Shown: positions 28,187-37,234, numbered from the stretch's first letter. The stretch is 50,501 nucleotides of DNA from Blastocatellia bacterium (GCA_035537555.1 DATLMR010000420.1:1-50501), one strand, 5' to 3'. Made by a program: numbers and translations. The notes: generated by a model from the letters alone, not told the origin.

Positions 28187-30739
28187 ATGACAACACCGCT
28201 TCGCCGTCAATACCTGGAGATCAAGAGCCGTTACCCGGGCATGATCCTGCTGTTTCAGATCGGCGATTTTTACGAAACGTTCGACGACGACGCCCGCACG
28301 ATATCGCGCGAGCTGGGCCTCGTGCTGACCCGAAAATCGTTCGGCAAGGGAAACGTTCACCCGCTCGCGGGCGTTCCCGTCCGCTCGCTCGAAAGCCATC
28401 TGTCGCGCCTCATCAATCGCGGTTACAAGGTCGCCGTCTGCGATCAGGTGACGCCTCCGGGAAAGGGCCTGGTCGAGCGCGAGGTTGTCCGCATCATAAC
28501 TCCGGGCACGGTGATCGAGGCGGGGCTCCTGGAGGGGCGGGCCAACAACTATCTGGCGAGCTTCATAATCGACGGCGGGCGGGCGGGGCTCGCATACGCC
28601 GACGTGACCACGGGCGAGTTTCGCGCGACGGAGCTCGACCGCGCGCAGGGGGCGGCGGAGCTTGAGAGGGTCTCGCCCGCCGAGCTGCTCGCGCCCGCGG
28701 GGACCGACCTTTCGGAGATCGAAGTGCGATCGGTGACCCGGCTCGCGCAAGAGGCCGAGCAACCGGACAGGGCGCGAGAGGCTCTGCGGGACCATTTCGA
28801 GGTCATTACGCTCGAAGCCTTCGGCTGCGAAGATAAGCCGCTCGCCGCCGCGGCGGCCGGGGCGATAATAGCTTACCTGCGAGACACGCAGCCCGACGCG
28901 CTCACGAACCTCGCGCACCTGCAAACCTACCGCGCGGAAAACTTCATGCAGCTCGATTCGCACACCATGCGTAATCTCGAGATCTTTCAGGGGTGGGATT
29001 TCAGCGGGGGCGCGCCCACGGGCTCGCTCGTCTCCACCATAGACCTCTCCGCGACTCCGATGGGCGGGCGGCTGCTCCGGCGATGGTTCCGCCACCCGCT
29101 CCTCGACCTCGCGGAATTGCGCGACCGCCAGGATGCGGTCGATTGGTTCTTCAAGCGCGGGCAGGCCCGCGAGCTCGTGCGGTCTCGCCTGGAGAACGTC
29201 CTCGACGTGGAGCGTCTGCTCGGGCGCATTCGTCGCCGGGTCGCCGTGCCTTCGGAGACCGTGGCGCTCGCCCACAGCCTCGGGGCCGTTGCCGAGCTCC
29301 GCTCGATACTGGAAGCGCATGGCGCTCCTTCCGAATACATCTCGCGGCTCGAACCGGTCGATTCGACCGTGGAGTACATCAATCGCGCAGTCTCCGACCG
29401 CCCTCCGTCCGACTTCGAGAGGGGCGGCATAATCCGGCCCGGCTTTTCAGCCGAGCTTGACGAGCTTCGAGCCACGCTCTCGGAAGGGCGGAGCTTTTTG
29501 GCAAGGCTTGAAGAGCGCGAGCGCAAGCGCACGGGCATCCGGTCGCTCAAGGTAGGCTATAACAAGGTCTTCGGCTATTACATCGAAGTCACGAGACCGA
29601 ACCTGCGCCTCGTCCCGCCCGACTACATCAGGAAGCAGACTCTTACGAACGCCGAGCGGTTCTTCACCCTTGAGCTGAAAGAGCACGAGGCCCTCATCGC
29701 GAACGCGCGCGCGACCATCATCGAGCTCGAAGCCAATCTATATAGACAGGTGCTCGACGAGATCGGTAGCAGGCAGGAGACCATAAGTCGCGTGGCGTCG
29801 GGCCTCGCCCGCATCGACCTGTACGCCGCTCTGGCGGAGTGCGCCGCGCGATTCAATTACGCGCGCCCGGAGCTGGACGAAGGCGACGAGATCGCCATAG
29901 TCGGAGGGCGGCACCCGATGATCGAGGAGATGCTGAAAGGCCGCGCGTTCACGTCCAATGATACGCGGCTTTCGAACCGGGACGTGCAGATCATGCTGTT
30001 GACCGCGCCGAATATGGCCGGAAAATCGGTCTATCTCAGGCAGGTGGCGCTCATCTGCCTCCTGGCCCAGATCGGCAGCTTCGTTCCCGCGGCCTCCGCG
30101 CGAATAGGCGTGGTCGACAGGATCTTCACGCGCATCGGGCTGAACGACTACACGCTTCGCGGCCATTCGAGCTTTATGATAGAGATGATCGAGACGGCGC
30201 ACGTGCTTCACAACGCGACCCCCCGGAGCCTCGTGCTGCTCGACGAGATAGGGCGCGGGACCTCGACCGCCGACGGCCTCTCTATCGCGCGCGCCGTGGT
30301 CGAATACCTGCACAACCATCCGAGGCTCGGCGCGAAGACCCTGTTCGCCACTCACTACCACGAGCTCACGAATTGCCCGGATTACCTTCCGAGGGTTCGC
30401 AACTTTCATCTGGCCGTGCGCGAGCGCGGAGGGAAGGTCCAGTATCTTCACCGAGTCGAGGCCGGCAAGGCGGAAAAGAGCTTCGGCACGTACGTGGCTA
30501 AGCTGGCCGGCCTGCCCAGGCCCGTGCTCCGCCGCGCGGAGGAGCTGCTCGCGGATTATGACGTGAAGAAGAGCTCCGCCGGGCAGTCCGCCAACGGCTC
30601 GGAGGACGTGTCGGATTCCTTCAAGCCCCTGCTCGATTCATTGATCGGCCTCGACATCAACGACATGAGCCCGGTCGAAGCGCTGACGAAGCTCTTCGAG
30701 CTGCAACGCAACGCGAAAGAGATCAGAGGGGCAGGCTGA
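28187..30739 (+). CDS. mutS: DNA mismatch repair protein MutS
   Basis: IGDFYETFDDDA mismatch-binding motif, Walker A TAPNMAGKS and LLDEIGRGTST. Start at MTTPLRRQYLEIK. Confidence 0.95.
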   Translation: MTTPLRRQYLEIKSRYPGMILLFQIGDFYETFDDDARTISRELGLVLTRKSFGKGNVHPLAGVPVRSLESHLSRLINRGYKVAVCDQVTPPGKGLVEREVVRIITPGTVIEAGLLEGRANNYLASFIIDGGRAGLAYADVTTGEFRATELDRAQGAAELERVSPAELLAPAGTDLSEIEVRSVTRLAQEAEQPDRAREALRDHFEVITLEAFGCEDKPLAAAAAGAIIAYLRDTQPDALTNLAHLQTYRAENFMQLDSHTMRNLEIFQGWDFSGGAPTGSLVSTIDLSATPMGGRLLRRWFRHPLLDLAELRDRQDAVDWFFKRGQARELVRSRLENVLDVERLLGRIRRRVAVPSETVALAHSLGAVAELRSILEAHGAPSEYISRLEPVDSTVEYINRAVSDRPPSDFERGGIIRPGFSAELDELRATLSEGRSFLARLEERERKRTGIRSLKVGYNKVFGYYIEVTRPNLRLVPPDYIRKQTLTNAERFFTLELKEHEALIANARATIIELEANLYRQVLDEIGSRQETISRVASGLARIDLYAALAECAARFNYARPELDEGDEIAIVGGRHPMIEEMLKGRAFTSNDTRLSNRDVQIMLLTAPNMAGKSVYLRQVALICLLAQIGSFVPAASARIGVVDRIFTRIGLNDYTLRGHSSFMIEMIETAHVLHNATPRSLVLLDEIGRGTSTADGLSIARAVVEYLHNHPRLGAKTLFATHYHELTNCPDYLPRVRNFHLAVRERGGKVQYLHRVEAGKAEKSFGTYVAKLAGLPRPVLRRAEELLADYDVKKSSAGQSANGSEDVSDSFKPLLDSLIGLDINDMSPVEALTKLFELQRNAKEIRGAG

Positions 30740-30751
30740 AGATCGAGGCGA

Positions 30752-30780
30752 TCGCGGCCGTGCGGTTCGAGGGGCCGCGA
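30752..30780. terminator. Short GC hairpin between convergent mutS and ACT gene
   Basis: tcgcggcc - 13-nt loop - ggccgcga. No U-tract. Confidence 0.25.
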
Positions 30781-30799
30781 CCGCTATCGACGCGCTCAT

Positions 30800-31207
30800 T
30801 CATTTTTCTCGACCCCGGCCTTTCAAGATTCTGTGGCCGCTTCTCTCCAGAGCCGTGACGGCTTTATCTAAATCCCCGCTCTTCACCAGCACGTAATCCG
30901 TATCGTAAGTCGAGACGGTGAAGATGCTGATGCCTGCCTCCGCCAGAGGCGTAAGGATGGAAACCAGGATTCCCACGAGCGAAAAGTCGAGGGGGCCTTC
31001 GACCTTCAGGCACCTCCAGCCCGGCTCGCCGGTCACCCCTTCGGGCACGAGCGATTCGTCGGAAACGATTGAGAGCTCGTCGCGAGTGCGGGTTATCGAG
31101 ACCAGGGAGCCTCCGGATGCCCAGGCGGGAACGGGCGCGCCCGCGCCCAGGCGGGAGACCGCGAAGCTCTCCGGAAGAATGCGAATTATAAGGCCGGGAT
31201 CGGTCAT
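30800..31207 (-). CDS. ACT-domain protein (ACT_7/CASTOR-like)
   Basis: 135 aa. SIVS..., then KVEGPLDFSLVGILVSILTPLAEAGISIFTVSTYDTDYVLV, a typical ACT beta-alpha-beta-beta-alpha-beta pattern. Confidence 0.7.
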   Translation of the reverse strand: MTDPGLIIRILPESFAVSRLGAGAPVPAWASGGSLVSITRTRDELSIVSDESLVPEGVTGEPGWRCLKVEGPLDFSLVGILVSILTPLAEAGISIFTVSTYDTDYVLVKSGDLDKAVTALERSGHRILKGRGREK

Positions 31208-31244
31208 GCGGGATCCGAGAGTCTCGGGCAGGAAGCGGCAGATT

Positions 31245-31895
31245 TCAACGCTTCGGCAGGACCGAAACGACGACGGCGAAGTAGTGGCAAATGCTTCCGG
31301 CGAGGACGAACAAGTGCCAGATGGCGTGATTATACGGGACCTTCCGGCAGGCGAAGAATACTATCCCCACCGTATAGGCGAGCCCGCCCGCCACGAGCCA
31401 GGCGAAGCCGCCCGGCGGCACCAGCGCCAGGATCGGCTTGATCGCCACTATCCCCAGCCAGCCCATGAGCAGGTAGACCACGGTCGAGGCCACGGCGAAC
31501 CTATCGACGAAGAAGACCTTGAAGACGATTCCGAGCGCCGCAAGGATCCACACCGCCGCAAACAGGCTCCAGCCCCACGGGCCTCGCAGGTTGACGAGCG
31601 TGAAAGGCGTGTAGGTCCCGGCTATGAGCAGGTAGATGGCGGAGTGATCCAGGATGCGAAGGGGCCGTTTCAGGTGCAGGGCCTTGAAGCTGTGATAGAG
31701 GGTCGATGCGCCGTAAAGGAATATAAGGGTCGCGCCGAAGATCGAGCACCCGGCGATGTGCCACGCGTCGCCGCGTATGACGGAGAGCACCAGGAGCACA
31801 AGAAAGCCGGCTATGCTCAAGGCGAGCCCGAGCCCGTGCGTGATGCTGTTGAGCAGCTCTTCGTACACCCACCGCGATCCTTCGGTTAAGTTCAT
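31245..31895 (-). CDS. Hemolysin III / PAQR-family 7-TM protein
   Basis: 216 aa, about 7 TM helices, with NSITHGLG near the N-terminus and HLFVLAGSICHY near the C-terminus. Confidence 0.85.
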   Translation of the reverse strand: MNLTEGSRWVYEELLNSITHGLGLALSIAGFLVLLVLSVIRGDAWHIAGCSIFGATLIFLYGASTLYHSFKALHLKRPLRILDHSAIYLLIAGTYTPFTLVNLRGPWGWSLFAAVWILAALGIVFKVFFVDRFAVASTVVYLLMGWLGIVAIKPILALVPPGGFAWLVAGGLAYTVGIVFFACRKVPYNHAIWHLFVLAGSICHYFAVVVSVLPKR

Positions 31896-31931
31896 CGCCT
31901 CTCCTTCCGGCCGGCCATGGTGAGGTCCCCT

Positions 31932-33638
31932 CTACCTGATGTAAGGGCGCAGCTCTTCGATGCGCTGGCTCAGCTCCATCGGCGAGAGGTGGCGATACCT
32001 TTGCGGCACCATCTCTCGCGAGGTGGCCTCACGGGCGGCCACGAGCGTCTGGTACTCCACTGCCATCTCGTCGCGCGCCGGGGTGAATTCGCTTGCGACC
32101 TGCTGAACGTCGGCCTGACTGACCGTAGCCCTCCCGGCGACGCGAGCCACGCGGCGCGCGCGTATCAGCATCGATTCGATGTCGGCCCCCGAAAGCGTGA
32201 TGCTGGACTTGGTGATCGGGGCCCAGTCTTCAACTTCGTGGGTGATATTGTTCTTCCTTATCATCGCTTCGACTATGGCCATGCGATCTTCTTCGGTCTC
32301 CGGGTAGAAGAGCGATATGTGCTCCTCGGCTCGGCCCTGGCGCTTGAGGTCGATCGGCAGCAGGTCGGGGCGACTGGTCATCAGTATCCATAGAATGCGC
32401 CCGCGATTTCTGGTATCGCCCATCGCCGCCGCGAGCTTCGAGAATATGCGCGAGTCCACGCCTGAATCGCCCCCCGCCTCGCGCGAGCCGAGCGTTGCGT
32501 CCGCTTCGTCCACGATCACGACTATGGGCGCGAGGGTCTGGAGCAGGTTCAGGATCTTTTCAAGGTTGGCTTCGCTCGACCCGACCCATCGCTCGCGAAA
32601 GTTCTTGAAGGCGACGACATTCAAGCCGCAATCGTGCGCGAAGCTCTCGGCGAGAAAGGTCTTGCCCGTGCCGACCGGCCCCGAGATGAGAATGCCCATA
32701 GGGGCCTCCTCGGTATTCCCGAGGCGGATGGTCTCCGAGATCGAGCGCAGGTACTCTTTGGCTTTGGCCATGCCGCCGACCGAGTCGAGCCCGAAGCGCG
32801 GCTGGACGAACTCGACGAGGCCCACGGTCTCGGCTTCGATCAACTCCTTCTTCTTCTGCCGGACCTTGTCGAGCGTGAGGGTCCCTCCTTCGGTGACGGC
32901 CCCGCGAATGAGCGAGTTCAGGTGGACGCGATTGAGGCCCGAGGTGACGTGCGACATCTGCTCGTCGGTCACGTCGCTCAGAAGCTGCGGCAGCTGGCCG
33001 CGCATGTGGCGGATGAATTCGAGCCGCTCCGCGTCGTCGGGGTAGGAAATCTCTATCGCCGCGAGCCTGGAATTGTTCCGGATTCGCGGGTGTACTTCGG
33101 CGACGCTTTCGGCGATCAATATGACGATATTGTCTTTCTTGAGCAGCCTTGAGCTCGTGATCCATCTCTGCATGGAGACGAGGTTGGTCCGGTCGTCTCC
33201 CGACATGTAGCTGATGTCGCCCGCCGGGATTATCGTATCAAGAAAGTTGATGATGACGGCGACCTGATCTCCATAGAGCAGGAAATGCTCTATCAGAGGA
33301 ATGGCGCGCGAGGGATCTTTCGGCAGTTGTTTGCTCGCCTCGCGCCCGGCCAGAGGGTCGGCCACGCGCAGCTGCGCCATGAAGGCGCGCTCGGCTTCCG
33401 ACGAGCCGAACTTGATGCCCTCGCTGCGATTATAGGTCAGCAGATGTTTCGTGCCGACGAGCTCGCGCTGGAGGTAGTTGGGCAGGCTGATGTATTCGGA
33501 GCCCGAGCGCACGAGGTCGTAGATGTTGTTATATAAAAGGAAATGGCTCGATTCCCCCGAGTAATACTTCCTCGCCATTCTCGCGGCCCAGGGAGGAAGC
33601 TGGCTGATATCGTCTATTAGTAATCGCGTTCTCGACAT
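31932..33638 (-). CDS. Classic-clade AAA ATPase with degenerate N-terminal pseudo-AAA domain
   Basis: Walker A GPVGTGKT (aa 320-327), Walker B VVIVDEAD (373-380), sensor-1/SRH LMTSRPDLLPIDLKRQGRAEEHISLFYP. The N-terminal ~270 aa keep an AAA-like strand pattern (FLLYNNIYDL, VAVIINFLD, NIVILIAES, ISYPDDAERLEFI) but have no P-loop. No GAFTGA motif. Confidence 0.85.
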   Translation of the reverse strand: MSRTRLLIDDISQLPPWAARMARKYYSGESSHFLLYNNIYDLVRSGSEYISLPNYLQRELVGTKHLLTYNRSEGIKFGSSEAERAFMAQLRVADPLAGREASKQLPKDPSRAIPLIEHFLLYGDQVAVIINFLDTIIPAGDISYMSGDDRTNLVSMQRWITSSRLLKKDNIVILIAESVAEVHPRIRNNSRLAAIEISYPDDAERLEFIRHMRGQLPQLLSDVTDEQMSHVTSGLNRVHLNSLIRGAVTEGGTLTLDKVRQKKKELIEAETVGLVEFVQPRFGLDSVGGMAKAKEYLRSISETIRLGNTEEAPMGILISGPVGTGKTFLAESFAHDCGLNVVAFKNFRERWVGSSEANLEKILNLLQTLAPIVVIVDEADATLGSREAGGDSGVDSRIFSKLAAAMGDTRNRGRILWILMTSRPDLLPIDLKRQGRAEEHISLFYPETEEDRMAIVEAMIRKNNITHEVEDWAPITKSSITLSGADIESMLIRARRVARVAGRATVSQADVQQVASEFTPARDEMAVEYQTLVAAREATSREMVPQRYRHLSPMELSQRIEELRPYIR

Positions 33639-33704
33639 AAGGGTTCATCGGACGTGAATCGGATCGAGGCCGGGCCAGCTCGGCAAGCGCGCCCCGCCCC
33701 GGGC

Positions 33705-34553
33705 TCATTGTCTTTGAGGGATGGGAGGCCGCATCTGCTGCTGCGACCTCTCCAGGGAATCGAGCTGGTTCAAGACGGGATTGGTCTCTTCCAGGATCTC
33801 CTTCGTCATCTCGATCGAAGAGAGCAGGGATTCGAAATCGAGCGACGAGAGATGCTCGGGCGTCGGCATCGTGACGACCTGATCGTTGACGAGCCCGAAG
33901 AAGCTCTCGATGGATTGGAGCTGCGCTTCGACGCGCCTCATCGACCGCTCGATGTCGGAGTAGGTCTGGAGCCGTTTTTGCAGTATTTCATAATTCTTTT
34001 CGTAAAGGCGGCGGGTGTCTTCATCCGGGGCGGACTTGATGGAGCGCTCGGCCTGCTGGATCTGGTTCTGGATCGTCTGGCGGTTGATCGAGCGGACGTG
34101 GTTCTTCCGCCTTCGGTAGATATCGAGCAGGTCGACGTAGGATTCCCAGATGGTATCGAGGCGGCTGATGCTGTCGGGCATGACCGAGACCCGGGTGAAT
34201 TTCTGATAGTTCTGGTAAATCTGGTTCTTCATCCATCGAAGGTACTCGACGGCCTCGCGCTCGCGCGGGTCGAATCCCTTGATCAGCTCTTCGCGCTTGC
34301 GCCCGCGCTCGGCCATCTCGCGGTGCCGCATGCGCCGGTCCACGATGCGGCGGTACTGCGTGGTAACGGGGAGGGTGGAGAGGTAGAGCGCCTCGGCCGC
34401 GGCCCCGGCGGCGAGCGGCACCCAGGAGAGGTCGAACCAGCCGATCGGAGCGGCCGTCGCGGCATAGACGGACGCGGCGACAAAACCGACCATGGCCCAG
34501 ATGTTCAACGGCTCTTTCACAGCCTCTTTGATGTAATTGTATTGTTCGGGCAT
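33705..34553 (-). CDS. Hypothetical 2-TM protein with ~210-aa helical/coiled-coil cytoplasmic domain
   Basis: Two N-terminal hydrophobic helices (IWAMVGFVAASVYAATAAPIGW; WVPLAAGAAAEALYLSTL), then an R/E/Q-rich helical region with heptad-like periodicity. No family recognised by eye. Confidence 0.65.
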   Translation of the reverse strand: MPEQYNYIKEAVKEPLNIWAMVGFVAASVYAATAAPIGWFDLSWVPLAAGAAAEALYLSTLPVTTQYRRIVDRRMRHREMAERGRKREELIKGFDPREREAVEYLRWMKNQIYQNYQKFTRVSVMPDSISRLDTIWESYVDLLDIYRRRKNHVRSINRQTIQNQIQQAERSIKSAPDEDTRRLYEKNYEILQKRLQTYSDIERSMRRVEAQLQSIESFFGLVNDQVVTMPTPEHLSSLDFESLLSSIEMTKEILEETNPVLNQLDSLERSQQQMRPPIPQRQ

Positions 34554-34695
34554 AACAGACAGCTCTCAACCCCAAGCTATTTTGCCTCGGCTTCAATAGC
34601 TTCGACATTCCTCAAGTGCCGGGCCTTTCGACTTCCGGCTCTTCGTCTTCAAATAACCGCTTCGATCCGTCCGCAATCGTGTTGCGGGTTGTCGA

Positions 34696-35454
34696 TTATT
34701 CGAGCGCCTTCGCCTTGTCGGACGGCCCCAGAGACTTCCCCGCGACCTGGTCCGACTCTATCACCGGCGGGCGAGGGGCTCCGGCATCGACGCCGAGACC
34801 CATCTGCCTCTTGTATGCCGACAGAGTGTCTTCCACCTGAATGTTTAGTGACTCCCGCTCGATGTCCTGAATCTGCGCTTCCGTGCCTGAGGTCGCCAGG
34901 TCCATCCGGGCTTCGGCGGCCGCGGAGCGACGCTGGATCTTCTCGCGCATCTCCTCGAACGTGCCCGCGTCGTCGCCGATCTGGAAAGAGGCCATGGTCT
35001 GAGCCAGTTGCTCCTGCATCTTGGTGGCCCGGGCTTCGTTCACCAGATGCTGGGCTTCCGCCGTGCGCTTCTTGACCTGAAGAATGTAATTCTGAAGGAA
35101 TTTCTTGGCCTGCTCGGTCGCGGCGGTCGCCGTCAGCAGTTGGGCCTTAGAGCGATCCAGGGCGGTCTGTTTCTCCTGCAACGCGGAGATGTAAGTCTTG
35201 GCTATGTCGTCGCGGCCCTGCTTGATGGCGGCCTTGATCTTGGCGTCGTAATCGATTATCTCTCGTTCGAGATTGCCGACCTCTCTTTGCAGCAGCTTCT
35301 CCGTGGCCATTACCTGAGCGACGTTGTTCTGCATCTGCGGGACCTTCTCGCGCATGTCGCGAATGGTCTGTTGAAGGATCAGCTCCGGATCTTCCGCGCT
35401 CTCGAGTATCCCTCCGAATACAGAACGGAACAGCCGTTTGAGTCTATTCCACAT
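34696..35454 (-). CDS. pspA: PspA/IM30/Vipp1-family protein (ESCRT-III superfamily)
   Basis: The N-terminal amphipathic helix MWNRLKRLFRSVFGGIL is followed by the hallmark AEDPELILQQTIRDMRE and long coiled-coil helices; 252 aa. Confidence 0.9.
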   Translation of the reverse strand: MWNRLKRLFRSVFGGILESAEDPELILQQTIRDMREKVPQMQNNVAQVMATEKLLQREVGNLEREIIDYDAKIKAAIKQGRDDIAKTYISALQEKQTALDRSKAQLLTATAATEQAKKFLQNYILQVKKRTAEAQHLVNEARATKMQEQLAQTMASFQIGDDAGTFEEMREKIQRRSAAAEARMDLATSGTEAQIQDIERESLNIQVEDTLSAYKRQMGLGVDAGAPRPPVIESDQVAGKSLGPSDKAKALE

Positions 35455-36205
35455 CTCTCCTCCTAAGTTTGCAGGCCCTCGACCCGGGATGCTGCCGATT
35501 CAACGGCCGAAATGCCCACAGCTTCAATTTAACGACTCTCGCGGGGCGAGGTTTTCAGGTTTCTGAAGTAGTCTACCATAACAGTTGACCTCCGGAAATT
35601 TGAAACGCGCCGAAACCCCCCGATTCGACCGCCGGGCTCTTCGAGCCCGCGGGTCCATATCTTTATGAAAAAGGAAGCGGGATAGAAAGCGAGCCCCGGA
35701 CGGGAGGTACGTGAGGCGAGCCCGTCCACATATCTGCTTTCGAGGCCCGGTCTTCGATCTTGCGCGGTAAGTTTAAGCATTCCGCCCCCGTGGGGCTTTC
35801 CTCGATCCTCTTGAACTCTCTCGCCTCAACTTTCTGAGGCACTTGAGCATACGCAGTTCGGGGGGCCGTTGTTCGAACAACCGTTTGATCGGAATATTGC
35901 GCCGCTCGATCCGGATAGCTATAACTGGGACAGGCGAAACAGGGGGGCGGGTAACGGCCGCGTTCGGTATCAACTGCTCTGTTGAGCAGTTGCGGGCTTG
36001 TCGTTCCGGTTTGTTAATTATACGGATCGGATTCGCGAGCACGCCCTCTGACGGAAGCCCCGGCCCCGTTACGAGCCCGAACCCCTCCTGGTTGCCGTCT
36101 AAGAATCGGTTTGCTATGATTGCCCGTCGCCGAGAGCGGAAACTCTCGTGGTCTTGCCAGGTTGAAGATGATTAGTGAATGGCCATTTAACCGAATACCG
36201 GAGTA

Positions 36206-37234
36206 ATGATGCCCAGTCGTTTGCGCATGAACGCGCCCGAAGCAGAGGATGCCGTGATGACACCGGACGAGATATTCTCTCTGGTGCGGCGCGATCTGGC
36301 AGTCGTCGAGGAACAGTTCCAGCAGGAAGTCTCTAACGCATCTCCCGGAGTATCTTCCATAGTCCGCTATCTTCAGGAAGGCGGCGGCAAGCGCGTGCGC
36401 CCGACCCTCGTGCTGCTCGCCGCGCGCCTCTTGAGCGGCGAGGCGACTTCGTCCGCCATCCGGATGGCTTCCGTGATGGAGATGCTGCACACGGCGACGC
36501 TCATCCACGACGATATAATAGATGAAGCGCGGGTCAGGCGGGGCCGCACGTCGGCCAACGCCAAGTGGGGCAACGACGTTACGGTGCTTATCGGCGACTG
36601 GCTTTATATGACGGCCTTCGACGTAAGCCTCCGCGAGCGGAACTTCCACGTGCTCGACGCGCTGACGAACGTGACCCGTCTGATGGTAGAAGGAGAGATC
36701 ATACAGCTCTCCCTGATCGGCAACAGCAGGATCACGGAAGCCGAACACCTCGACATCGTGCGGCGCAAGACCGCCTACATGTTCAGCACGTGCGCCGAGG
36801 TCGGCGGCATCGTCGCCGGCGCGAGCCCCGATGAACGACACGCGCTCGCCCATTACGGACTCTCGGTGGGCATCGCGTTCCAGTTGATCGACGACATGCT
36901 CGACTTCGTATCGACCGAGGCCAAGCTCGGAAAGCCGGTGGCCAACGACCTGCGGGAAGGGAAGCTCACGCTGCCCCTGATTTACCTGATGGAAGAAGGC
37001 AATCAGAAGCACAGGGACATGGTAGAGACGGTCATCCGCGAGCGCGGTTTCGCAACCGTCTCCAGGGAAGACGTTCTTCAATTGATTCACGAGCATGGCA
37101 CTCTCGAACGCGCGCGCATCGAGGCACGCAGGTACGCAGGCGAGGCAGTAGATGCGCTCGGCATATTTCCGCCGTCTCAGTTCCGGCAGGCTCTCATGAG
37201 CGTGCCCCGGTTCATCATCGAGCGCGAGATGTAA
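36206..37234 (+). CDS. Long-chain trans-polyprenyl diphosphate synthase (octaprenyl/heptaprenyl-type)
   Basis: First Asp-rich motif LIHDDIIDEA and second FQLIDDMLD. The start may be the Met at 36257. Confidence 0.9.
   Translation: MMPSRLRMNAPEAEDAVMTPDEIFSLVRRDLAVVEEQFQQEVSNASPGVSSIVRYLQEGGGKRVRPTLVLLAARLLSGEATSSAIRMASVMEMLHTATLIHDDIIDEARVRRGRTSANAKWGNDVTVLIGDWLYMTAFDVSLRERNFHVLDALTNVTRLMVEGEIIQLSLIGNSRITEAEHLDIVRRKTAYMFSTCAEVGGIVAGASPDERHALAHYGLSVGIAFQLIDDMLDFVSTEAKLGKPVANDLREGKLTLPLIYLMEEGNQKHRDMVETVIRERGFATVSREDVLQLIHEHGTLERARIEARRYAGEAVDALGIFPPSQFRQALMSVPRFIIEREM

Noticed and set aside
28181-29320. 379-aa minus-strand ORF
   Set aside because: It is antisense to mutS and has no motifs.
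30918-31889. 323-aa plus-strand ORF
   Set aside because: It is antisense to the ACT and hemolysin-III genes, and has highly charged, Arg/Glu/Pro-rich composition with no fold signature.
33654-35075. 473-aa plus-strand ORF across the 2-TM gene and pspA
   Set aside because: It is antisense to two genes, one of which (pspA) has clear family identity. Its composition is Arg/Pro/Gly-rich.
35455-35620. Sigma54 (-24/-12) promoter upstream of pspA, as in E. coli
   Set aside because: I found no TGGCAC-N5-TTGC-like element at correct spacing on the minus strand, and there is no PspF-type activator in the window.
36014-37096. 360-aa minus-strand ORF
   Set aside because: It is antisense to the polyprenyl synthase, which has both DDxxD motifs.
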